Program-made: the position numbers and the translations under genes
Notes under the pieces: model-generated
What the model was told of the DNA's origin: nothing
Database searches by the model: none
The model's input: only the letters and a program-made list of their open reading frames with translations
Part shown: positions 24,783 to 36,170 of the stretch, piece after piece
How positions within the stretch are numbered: position 1 is the stretch's first letter
How the letters are laid out: each line of letters opens with the position of its first letter
From: Haplodiscus bocki
Taxonomy: Eukaryota
Direction: 5' to 3'
NCBI GenBank assembly: GCA_965655095.1
Contig: OZ296648.1
Span: 54,622,001-54,686,000 of the forward strand
DNA: 64,000 nucleotides

Positions 24783-27700
24783 CGAGCAAAACTTTATTCA
24801 ACCAGTATGCTTTTTTGTTACGGTCTCAATCAGGAAAGTTTTTTGTACTTTATATTACCATTCATACTTGAAATATGAATTTACTTAACCATATCCACCA
24901 TCCTATAAGACAAAATTTCCAACTATACAGGATGCTTGTAGATCATCATTGACATTAATTAAAGTTCATGACTTTTATGTCATGACACTCCCCAGTGATA
25001 AAAAATGTATTTTGTTTAATAGGGTCGGTCGTGAAAATGTTTACACAGTCAAAAGTCATTGTGTAACGAGAGTTGGAAAGCTGGCTGATGAATATTGAAA
25101 TACAGCAGGTACATGAAGTTAAGGAAGACCATGTAGAAAGTTGCCACCCATGAGTGAGGAAAGAGCCAGTCATAAATGATAATGAAAAGGCAATGCATAG
25201 GAAGGCTGAGATATATAATATTTAGAGCTGAAGCTGCCGCTGGATGAAGGCAACGAAAGATAATCTAAAGATCCAAAACGGTTGATTGAATTCTGATTGT
25301 GTTCCAACTGGATTGTACCCAGATCCCAATTCACATCGGATGTGATGTTCCCGATTGATTTCAGGGAAGGTGGAAGCAGCAGCAAAGAAATTGCTGGGGC
25401 GGAAAAGGCGAAAACTAAATTTTGTTTCATTTAAATCAATGCTGGAAATTGTTATCAAAGTTGTGCGAAATATTAAATGTGTGCATCATCCAGGTATTCC
25501 TTGTTATCGAACTGAGACAATTTAGTAGTTTGTAGGAAGCCACTTTTGTATCAACTCAGAAAAAATAGAAAGGACAAAAAATTAAAGAATAAAAAGGCAC
25601 AGAGATAATAACGATTGAACTCAAGTCCGAACCGAAAAAAGGGCAAGAATACACTGGAGATTAAGGAGAAACGTAACGTTTGTGGATTAAAGTACGGTAA
25701 TGGAGTCAAAATGAAAACTACTTACCAATCTAAGGGACAATTAAACGATCAACATTTGTTTGAAGGAATCAAAAGGCTTTTCTGAGCAGATAAAAAAGCC
25801 CTGAAGTTGATCTTTGAATTAGTGTGAATGCAAGAATTTCAGAACCGTATTGTGGAAGAAATGATTGCCATCAAGATGATCGTCATATTTTGCATTTGCG
25901 CAATCAACCCTGATTCCTTCGAAAAAGATGTCAAGATAAATCAAGAAAAGCCGATCGGTGTGTTGTGTTTCCCTGATGGCAGCTAACTATTCGAAGGGCA
26001 GAAAAAAACAGCGCGAGCGGAAAAGTTCACAAAACGGCTATGATTCAGTAAAAGCTGCAAAAGGAGTTCGCGACGAGTCTTCGAAAAACAAAGACAATGA
26101 AGAATCAAAATCGCTTCGGGAACATATGCGCATTGATTTTGAGCCGTCTAAACGCAAGCATTTGTAGAGTGCTTCGTGGGATTACTTACATGCGATTGAG
26201 ATGGAAGATTTTAGTCGTGAAGATGGTACGGCAAAGCGTCAACGCTTCAGTTTTCTGTTGACGGTACCTTAACTTTCAGTCTCTTCGAATAAATTAGGGT
26301 TTAGAAAAAGCCACCGTCGTTCATTTTGTTAGTTTAGATTGTTCTACGTGTTTGGAGGTTTTATTTTTATTAGTTTTGTAATTTTTTACTGTTTTGTTTG
26401 CATTTAAAAGTTTATGTGATAAAATCTTTGCGTATAACATTCTCATTTTATTCCTTGATCGTTTATAGGACTATCCTGCTAACCCTGAGAACGTCAGAGA
26501 AAGACCTCCTTCAGCTTTCTTGAGGAAAAAATCCGTTCAACTTCGATAGTTTTCAATTTTGTAAGCGCGATGTTTAACCAATTGCATATGGTTTGAACGT
26601 GTTTAACTAGCGGTAGTAGAAAATTACTGAAATTTCGATGTCTTAGTCTTGCAGTGAGCTCATCATTCAAACGCTCCGGGCCAAGCGCACCGGCTGGAAG
26701 CTTCCCAAACTCTTGAGTGGAGTTGTGAAATGTTTGGTTAGGGCAGCTAGGTGATGTGTTGAGTCGAAGTCTTTTTTCAGTCGCTGTTTCAACCGCACTG
26801 AAAAAAGCTCATCATTTTCCCAGTAGGATTTTGCTATCCCAGGGGCGTTACCCTGCCTAATTTTCTTCCGGTGGGATGAGCCTGATCCGGGGTCCTATTT
26901 CGAAAATATTTAAAAAATCGCAATGAGAAAGTTTCTCGGGTTCCAGTAATTTGAAAAGGTGCATTTTGTTGTCATAAATTTGATGAATGATCAATTCCGA
27001 GGGATGTGTCCGAGTTGCCTGGAACTTCTGTTGTAGACGTCATAGCAGAAGTGACGTAACGTTGATCGCTTTCAGGACGTAAGCAAATGTGAGCGTTCTG
27101 GAAAACAGGATGATCGGGGTGTTGTTGCAAACAATCACAATCCCAATCATTCTTACAAACAACTGCTATGGATTGGATTTTGTTTTGTCGACCAGATAGG
27201 TGCAAAAGGTACGTAACAAGTAGATTGGCTGCGATTGGAAAGACGAAAGAAACGGTAGCAAAAATCAAGTAGGTGGACAATTCGACCGTGTTGTCAAATT
27301 TTGACGAAAACTGCGGATTGAGAACTCATTTTAGTTATTATTGAACCGGTTATTTCCTCAATTTCGAAAAAATCTCGGCGCTTGTAATCAGGAATCTGTA
27401 TACAGCGAGAGTTCTTCCTGAAAAAGTAGATGCAGAGGTGGGGGTGAACTCCGCAACCCATTCTGACTTGTCAGTTGAGATCACGGATTCCAAAAGACGT
27501 TTGAAACCATGATCAGAGATGTAACTGACACTTCTAGAAGAAGTACAACGGAAGTCGATGAAGATATTCTTCGCAAAAATGGAATTGCGAAAATCATCTT
27601 TCAGAAAGTCTTATATTAGAGTGTTAGAAGCACTGCACCAAATGTCAAAAGAGTTTGCAGGCAAAAGTCGAAAAGAAACAAATACCTGTCACAGGGTCTC

Positions 27701-30700
27701 ATGCTCAAAAACATGATATGTCAATCAGGTCTCTCAAGGTTGCTCCATTCTGCCGCTCAATCGTAAGGAAGTTTGTCCAGCATATTACATTTGGTTTCCC
27801 AAATATTTATGGCTCCCTCGGGTGTTGGTATGTATGTGAAAATTGGTACCTATTTGCTAATTTATATGTACCTATATACATACATGAAACTTCTTTTCTT
27901 AAAAATCGTCGGTTCGTGGAAACGTCGTAGACAGTGAAGTCCGTAATCCTAATTATGAACATAGTCAAAGAAGCATAGGCACTAAGGATTAAGAATTGTG
28001 AAGAACGGGAAAAAGCGAATTAAGCATAAGAAACCAATCACTTCGAAAAACTGCACACTATTCAAAAGAGTCGAAGATTTCGCTTTCGATGGTCTACAGG
28101 TCATTCTTTCCACTTTCAAAATTTTTCGACGACTTGTGAACATAAATAGGCTATTCCTCGTTTACTTTCGACCGCGAAACAATCTGGAAAAAAAATTTGA
28201 AAAAAGTGCTGCATGTTAGATTTGTCCTTTCGTATCGTATTAAGTTCAATTATTTAGCTAGAAAGTTGGAATTAAAAACGAAGTGTGAGAATCGCAAAAC
28301 TAGCTATTTTTGTTTTACTCTAAAAACACGAAAAACGCCATTTTTGACAACTTTCAAAGATTTGAAAATTTTTCCAAACTTCAGAAAAAAAACTTTCGTT
28401 GAATTTGTGGATACAATAGCGAAATGTAGGCTGGGAATAGCACATTTAGCAATCTTTGGTTCCTTTTCGATAAGAAAATATGGCAAAATACGCGAAAATG
28501 CCGTCTTGTATGACTTAAGAGACGATTCTTTCGTCTTCGGGTTCATTATCCAATAGTTAGCTTTCTGGCGACGGTACGCGGAACTACAGATTAAGCGTCG
28601 GTCGAAGTTGAAATCGTTAACTGAGATAGAAATGTCCGCAACATTTATTTCGTGGTCTGGAGAAGAAGGTAAACGTAGTCCCTATTTTATTTTTGGCTTT
28701 CGATTTCAAGAAGCGGGAAATAAGATTCGAATTACATTGGCAAAATTGAGAATACTTGAATCAAGAACTTGAAATCCAAGAGTAAATAGTGATTTCAGTC
28801 TAGCCAGGGGAAGTAAATAAAAACGAATCAAAGTTATTAGGAAATTATCTGACTTCACTTTGTCGCTCACCCAACCGGTCAAGAATGCGTTTGCGAAGGA
28901 CGCTCGAATATGCGACGCAGAGAAAAGAGAAAGTAAAATCTATAGGCTTTAAGCCTATAAGCTGAATGCCAAGTAATGTAGGCATACTACAATAGTCCTT
29001 TTCATGAAGTAGATACTACTATAGTCCTTTTCAGTAAAAACTAAAGCGCCGAACAAAAAACTGAACATCAAATGAATTATGTTCCTTCTGTTTATGAAAT
29101 ATGAGCGGAAAGAAATGCTAGTCTGTAGAAAATATGTTTCTTCAAAAGAATCATTGGAAACCATTTTAACAAAAAGGCGGAGCGGAACTTCGCCACACGT
29201 TCTGACTAGGAGTTGAGAACCCAATCAAAAATACAGATTACAGTCAAAGGTCCTCAGAAACCCCATGACCGCGGACCACATGATTCGAACATTTAGAAAC
29301 ACTACAGCAGCTGTCCATCAACATTCTTTCCATCGAATTGCTTTTAGTACTTGTCACAGTGTCTCACTCAAAAACTTGATATGTCAATCATGTCTTTCAA
29401 AGTTACGCCATTCTGCCGCCCAATAGTTGAGAAGATTGCTAGTCAAAACTAAAAAAAAATGAAGAAAATACCAGATGGTCTCTTTAAAAAACTGATCATT
29501 CGTTCATGTCGTGTCTGGTGATGCCATTTTTGTATCCCATGTTCAAGAAGTTAACACCGTACAAGGCAAAAATGTACATGTACGGTACGTGGCACGCACT
29601 CTCATTCAAAGAATTGGTATGTAAATCATGTATCTTCAGGTTACACAATTGTACTGCCGAATGATCAAGAAGTTTTCACACTATTCAACGTGAAAAGGAA
29701 CAACTACAAGCCAAAAAGGCCGTTTTGACCGTTTACGCTAGATGACTCTCTAATGACGTCAAAAAATCCGACTTTTGGACAAAACTATGACCCGGTTTGC
29801 AAACCACATTTTTCTATTAAGTCAGAACGTGCAAAAAGTATCATAAGAACAGCCAAAATAACTCAAATTCAGACAACGAAGGAATGAAAAAAAAATGAAT
29901 GAAGTTAGATTCCGGCCAAAATAATAACTTCTTCGCTGGAAAAGCTGGGCATACAATTAGCCAGCAATATATATCCGGTGTCTGATAGATTCGAGTCTTA
30001 AGTTACTCTCATGCGAGACCCAGGTCATCGGTGGGACTTGGTGCTGGGAGATGTGACCTCAAATAGGACGCAGATACATCAAAATGGGCAAAAATAGTTG
30101 TATTCACTTGATTGTTTCGCGAAAAAAACAGATGAAAAATACTTGTCAAAGTTCAACAAAATCACAATATGGTCGCTCTGGGTCATTTCATTGCATTTCC
30201 CAAATAAAGCGTAGCAAATTTCTCAGATTGAAGATTTTCTCTCATTTGAAAGTTCGAACAGAAAGAAAAAATGGCTCTGGCTTTTCCGCTTTAGCGGTCG
30301 AAAAAACTTTCCGTTCAATAGGATGACAAACTGCAATTGATACTACAACCGAACAAAAAATTGCAAAAGCATAAGAAAAACAATGTAAAATGTAAAGTTT
30401 CACTTTGAACAATACGATCAGGTTGCGGTGAAAATAGGCATATTACGTCATTAGTTGGAACAAAACAGTTTACGTCATTCTCAAAATTGGTAGTAGCCTA
30501 CCTAATAGCAGCGGATTTACTGAACTGACAGAACATCAAACTAGGCCAGTGTCCGATTGCAGTTATGTCCGGTCTGCAAAAACCAATTCCGAAACAATTC
30601 TTCGATCCAAGTGTAACACACATTCAAAACTTCGTTTCATAACACTAGTGAGACTAGGGAAACCAGTTCACTGTTGAGAAAACGAACTTTGAGTGTCTAC

Positions 30701-33662
30701 TTTTACTTACATCAGTGCAAACGTAAGTAAAGAAAGCGAAATTTTAAACTGGGAAAAAGTTGGGAGGCAAAAAAGAATATTTTTGCTATTAACCAAACGT
30801 CCAATTATTTAGTGATGCAAGCAGGGCGCAACAACTACGATCAGATTGATGGATTCCAGGAAAATCATTCTGAACGAAAGATGCAAGTTTCACTTTCTCG
30901 CCTTTCCAGTGTCATTATAAAAGACGTCTCAATGGAAAAGGACAACGGACAAAACATTGTACTCACCAGACGTTCTAGGAGAAATCAATATGGCGGCTGA
31001 TTGCTGCAAGGCAAATGGTTGTAACAACAGAGCGCACCTTCCAAGAGAGTTACATACTTAACTTTGTTGACTTTCTGACTGAAAATAAAAAGTTTTCAGA
31101 AAAAAATAGTGGAATCCACCAGTGTTGCTCCAGAGAGCCTGAACGCAGCACATACTTGAAATTTGAGCAAGTTAGCGCTAGCTGGACGCGATCGGACAAT
31201 TTTTTCGAGAAAAACTGTAAACGAAAGCAGAAAGTAAAAACACGTTTCATTATTGAAATATAACCTAACACCTTTGTCATAAAGGAACATATGAGACAAT
31301 CCGAGCAACTTTGCAGAACACTGTTACTGACCGGTGAAAAACAATTTTTTTTGCAAATGCAAGTTGGTAAGAGATTGCTCGTCTCCAGAACTCGAAATCG
31401 ACGAAAAAGACCAAGCAGGTTCAATGGGAAGAGACTAGCTGTAAAAGCGCTGAAGGTAAATTATCACAATAATATTAAAACTACTTTAAAGGACCGGTCA
31501 AAAAAGATCGTGCCGATCTTTTTCGCGATAGAATACTTTCCATTCCAGCCACTTCTAGGCAGGAAGTAGCCGAAGAGGAGCAAAATGGACGCAATGGGAC
31601 CATTAGGTCCCAATAAACAACGCTCTTAAAGGAAAGCGCGAAGATGGAGCATCTTTGGTTTTTCAAAAACGAATTAACAACGTTCGTGAGAGAAGCACAA
31701 AATGGTAAATCCCAGCTATTGTGCTCTTGCTCCGGTTAGCACGCCCACTTCAGCTGTAGGGACGCAACCGGACGCTTAGCTCCCAAAAAAATGCTAAGCG
31801 AAAGATGCAATTCAAGAACTTTATCAAATTGCTAAATTTAACTTAATTTCCAAGCAAAAAAAACCAACCCAGGCCCTAATCAGAACTCTTAGCTTGCGAT
31901 TAGTGAAATATTTGCTTGACGAATGCAATGGTATCGAATGCTTGAAAAACAACCATGAAGGAAGACGTTGAACAGAATTTGGCAGGTTCCAAAACGTCAT
32001 TTGCGTTGAGTTACCCATTTATTCACAATCCCTTCACAAGCATGTACAAGAAAAACGGCGTGAAAATGTATTTAAAGCAAAACGAGAGCACGTGAACAAA
32101 CTTTGTAGTCCCTCGTGAGCAGTGGTGTCAAGAATTTTATCAAAAATGTCAATTTCTACCGGACGGAAAATACAAATGTCATTTGCTATACACACGATTA
32201 GCTAAACTCAACTCGGTATAAAACGGGCAAAAATACGCTTGGCAAACACTTGCGAAACTTACTTCTACATGAATAATTTCTACATTCTGTAGACTTCACT
32301 CCCACAGACGGAAGCACCAAATATTCTGCGACTCAAAATCAACCTGCTTTTGTATGCTCAATGGAATGGAGAGCTGCCCAATAACAGCGTTGTGAGCTGA
32401 ATAGGACTGGCACTGCTTAAATGAACGCTTCTGTAGCAAATACACCGGAATAGCACAGAAATGAGGAATATGTACTGTCGGAAGTGCCGCCGAAAAATTA
32501 GGAAAGCACAGTCTGATACAACACCAATCTCCCAGAGAACTGGAAGTCGATTGAGCACTGGATGGCCTCAGTCTGAACAATAGTAATCAAAAAACACACT
32601 TCTGGCGAAAAACGCACGAAAAACTCAATAATTTCTCCTTGAAAATTCAGATTTTAAGAAGAAAAGTAGCTAATCTAAACGCCACTGCTACTTCGCAGAT
32701 CATCCAAGCAAAGAGAAGTCGAATTAACAATGGATGGCCCCAATTGAACAGCTGGTTGTCAAGAATATTACCACTAGAGTAAAAAAAATATCATTATTTA
32801 TGTCCAACAGAATCTCAAGACACAGCATTTGATTGAGTCGGAATATCGATCGGGTTCGAATCAATCAACGATTTTTTCTCACAAAATCTCATTTCAACAT
32901 CCATAAAGATTACATTAACCAAAATGGAAGTTAGTGCACTCGCATCAAAAATTGATACGACTAGCACTGTAAATAACCAACTTGCTGCATTTTCCAAGAA
33001 GCCGCATAACATCGAAATACTTGTCTCGAAACGGAGGGTCGATGGCAACGACACTTTTCTGATCAAATACAGCTCCGATTTCAACACCTGCTGGTAGTAA
33101 ATTTGGCCCGAACTGAAACAAATCACCGCAGTACAAATGCATTCGATTGTCGTCTGTTTTGAAGACAGTCCCAAAACCTTCAATGCTTTGTGCAGTGAGG
33201 CTTAAGTTATTTTCTTGTCCAACTAACTGGAGGGCCTTCTCACTGATCTCCAGACCTGAACAGCGTCACGGATGTACAAAAACATCGTCGGGTCAATCTT
33301 TTGATCAGGGACATCAAAGCTAACCTATAACAGTATACCCAAGATTGTAGAAAAACAATAGGTCGACCGACTTTCCACAGAGCGGCACAAAAATAGCCAG
33401 CTGTTTATCTTTCGGAAGAAAGTCATCTGACATTAGAGTAAGGTGTTCGTGTACAACAGGGAAGTGGAAAGCGGGGTTGTCACTCTCGTTCCACATTTCA
33501 TGCCACTGGTCTAAATGAGCCATAACAATCTGTAAAACCAACCAAAGCTATACCGTCTCGCTCAATTCCAGCCAAAACAAGACATGAAGCAGAAATACTG
33601 ATTCTTTACGGTAGAGACATTAATGTGTAAAACATCTGACGCTCAGCAATGCCGCTTACCAT
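23280..33662 (-). CDS. TPMT: Thiopurine S-methyltransferase-like SAM-dependent methyltransferase, complete copy (~221 aa)
   Basis: Exons: ATG 33662-33660 (followed by gtaagc), 33529-33325 (W..MW, IFVPLCGKSVDL), 33255-32982 (GLEISEKA, LYCGDLF, DQKSVVAIDP), 23463-23280 (YLVTLVRHDWGMFPPHVVP...LFEDTYLFTK*). All junction phases match. The last intron is ~9.5 kb. The terminal exon is absent from the ORF track. Confidence 0.88.
24729..24780. repeat. (AG)n microsatellite
   Basis: ~26 AG units with one interruption. Confidence 0.98.
25961..27450 (-). mobile_element. 3' remnant of an LTR retrotransposon: env-like C-terminus, polypurine tract and LTR
   Basis: Putative LTR 25961-26439 with TGTT...AACA termini. 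A purine-rich tract AAGGAATAAAATGAGAA abuts it on the minus strand. Upstream is a frameshifted ORF remnant ending in a TM segment (YLIFATVSFVFPIAANLLVTYLL). Confidence 0.55.
28642..29420. repeat. Dispersed repeat; other copies at 55452-56250 and (truncated) 40899-41630
   Basis: Near-identical ~780-bp block (tttatttcgtggtctggag...ttacgccatt). A diverged short piece occurs at ~27685-27770. Confidence 0.9.
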
Positions 33663-33764
33663 GTGCTGATAATTACAATTATGTTAAGTACTTTTGTACA
33701 TTAAAGCATCATAGAGAATACTGTATGTGCTCTTATAGTGTCTGAGAATTTTGAGTCAAATATT

Positions 33765-33825
33765 TGATGGCGTCATCCAAAGTGTTCTTCAAACCAATCA
33801 CGTGTCAGTGATGTCAGAGTATCAC
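33765..33825. promoter_or_regulatory. Candidate TPMT proximal promoter motifs (also at ~46010-46065)
   Basis: tggcgtca, ccaatcacgtg and tgatgtca lie ~100-160 bp upstream of the ATG. Confidence 0.35.
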
Positions 33826-34559
33826 TTCAACTAAAGTTGGTAATAGTGGGAGATGAATCGAGTTCCCCAAATAACAGTAAAACTCAAGAGAGCAGCAAAA
33901 CTTTCGCATTAGGGAGGCTCGAGATTAGGCATGCAGAAAATCGCGTTACGTGAGAAAAAAATATAGATTGGAAACGTTATGAACACGATGATGAGGATTT
34001 AATGTTAATTCTATTTTTGGATCTTTCCTGTTAACTGTTAGTTAAGTTTAGAGCTCCTGCAGTGGGGGGGGGGGGGTTAACAGAGAAGCTCCCTATTTTT
34101 GAAATCTTGTTGGTATCAGCGCCTGACTGGACGAAGAAATCGAAATGAAGAGAAATCAAAAAGGCTGAAGCGAAAGAAAACAGACTAGAATGACGTTTGT
34201 TTGCTTCCTTACACTTGAGTGAGAAGTGGGAAATTAGCGTCAGGAAGGTAAACCTCAACGCATAACGCCCAGTAACAATCGAGCTACTCAAATTTGACTA
34301 CTCAGGATACTTGGTCTACGCGTTTTTAGCGAATAATTCAATTCAAACCGCTGTAAACATTGAGAACATCAAATTTATCAATTCAAGGACATTTTAAATT
34401 CACTGGAAGTAAACAATTTACAAATGAATATAATATAAATATGCAATCAAGATTTCAGCAATTCAACACTTTCCCAAACCGAAAACACCACTCACGCTTG
34501 GGGCTGACATTTTCTACATTTTTATATCTGCTGTAAGTCCAGGTTACCTTTAATTGAAA

Positions 34560-35564
34560 TTAGAACCACCAAAACCTCAAGTAAATTACACAAGAAATTA
34601 AAATGAAAAAGCCGACACCAAATTTGACGTAATGAGTCCAAGAGTTTAAATTTCTAGCACTTTTGGAATACTTTGCTGACATCATTGAAAGGTTGCTAGC
34701 TTTGTCATCTAAGTCGGACAGCTTGTCTCCTCGCTGGAGAACGTCGTCAATGTTCTGCACCATGACTCTTTGGATATCTATGCAAAAAACAAAAGTTCGA
34801 AAATGAAAGCATGGTCAAAACTACAATTATAGAATCATTGAACCGAACAGAACTGACAGCATATATTTCATCAGTTGTTTCAACTGACCAGAAAGTTCAT
34901 TATAGCAACAAATAAGCAATTAAAACTATACCCAATTTAGGTTAAGCGACGCCATTAGTACTTCTGTCCCTCTACACGAAGTTTTTGAGCATAACCCACA
35001 ACCAAAAAGACATTGTTTTCAATCCAACCTATTGTTCCCTTACCAACTTTTGGTCAAAAAAGGGTGGTCCGCAGAACTAACGAACTAATAACGCTGTAAG
35101 AAGAGATTTAAAAGAGGTAGTTCACCTTGCAATTCATTACTGACATTGACAAGCTGTCGCTTCCCTCTGGCAGATCCATCGGAAAAGGCTTTTTTCTGTC
35201 TCTGTATGTAGGTGTCGAATTCGATAAAAGCGTAAGGCCTGGCGACAGAATTGTATCTTTGAGAATATTGCGTGATGAACTGAGACGATATGTTTTCTAG
35301 AAACTCATAGGCTAGGCGCTTGGAATAGGTTCGTTCACAGAGACAGAGGAAGCAAACATCGTTGGTGATAAGGTAATGGAATAGATAAGGCCCGCTCTCT
35401 AGGGAACATTGTTGCGGTGATCTCGGACTGAGTTTCTTCAGTAGCTGTTTCGCTTGATTCTGATACTCAACTAGTTCTCGACCAGTTTTCTCGTTTTCCA
35501 GGGTGATAGAAGCTGCCAGTGGCAAGCCATCGGTTACACGTCCAATGAAAGTTAATAAAATCAT
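34560..35564 (-). CDS. SEC22B: Vesicle-trafficking R-SNARE SEC22 (longin + SNARE + TM), copy A, 218 aa
   Basis: Exons 35564-35126 and 34777-34560. Motifs MILLTFIGRVTDGLPLAAS, RPYAFIEFDTYIQ, DIQRVMVQNIDDVLQRGDKL and a C-terminal TM ending YLRFWWF. Confidence 0.95.
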
Positions 35565-36170
35565 TCAAACCGAAAAAAACGAACAGTTCAGATAGAGCTA
35601 AAGTCTCCATCAATCTTTGAACTTGTCGTCAGTTCAGCTTCTCAGAATCTTCATTTTTTTCTGGCAAAACACAGAAATTGGATTGAAACTGTGCAAATCA
35701 TTTAAAAAAATTCAAGCAAAAACAGCAGCCTTTCTCTTAATTGGCAATTTCAAAGTATTTGCGGGAGAATAATAATTTTTCACAAAAACAGCACCTAGGA
35801 CTACAGCAATATTGTAGCAATAAAATAATGTTATTGCAGGATAAATATATTATATACGCAGTATCATAAAAACCAACTAAGCGAACACATAGTTTGGGTA
35901 AATCAAATAATATACACTGAAAAACCTATCGAGATATCCTAATACTCAGTAGGTCGATAAAAGTCTGAAGCACCAAAAACACTTCATAGCTTAATTGATT
36001 TTAGCAGCTAAAATTGAGCACATTTAAATATGGAAAAAGCTTTATTGCAATTTCATTTACCAAATGAAGAGTGAGGGCGAACTTTAGATCTAAAACTTTA
36101 GACGTGGCTATTCTGCATATAAAAATTCTGCATTGAAAACTTGGGGTGAGGAGACTAAAGTTCGTTCTTT

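Noticed and set aside
24686-24888. ER-repeat proteins
   Set aside because: These are translations of the (AG)n microsatellite.
28955-29224. 89-aa ORF MGSQLLVRTC... present three times
   Set aside because: Non-ATG start, inside a near-identical repeat, with no recognisable domain; recurrence reflects DNA duplication.
30800-32700. Cluster of short overlapping ORFs (also at 43.0-44.9 kb)
   Set aside because: They lie in degenerate repeat DNA, frames differ between the two copies, and I recognise no motifs.
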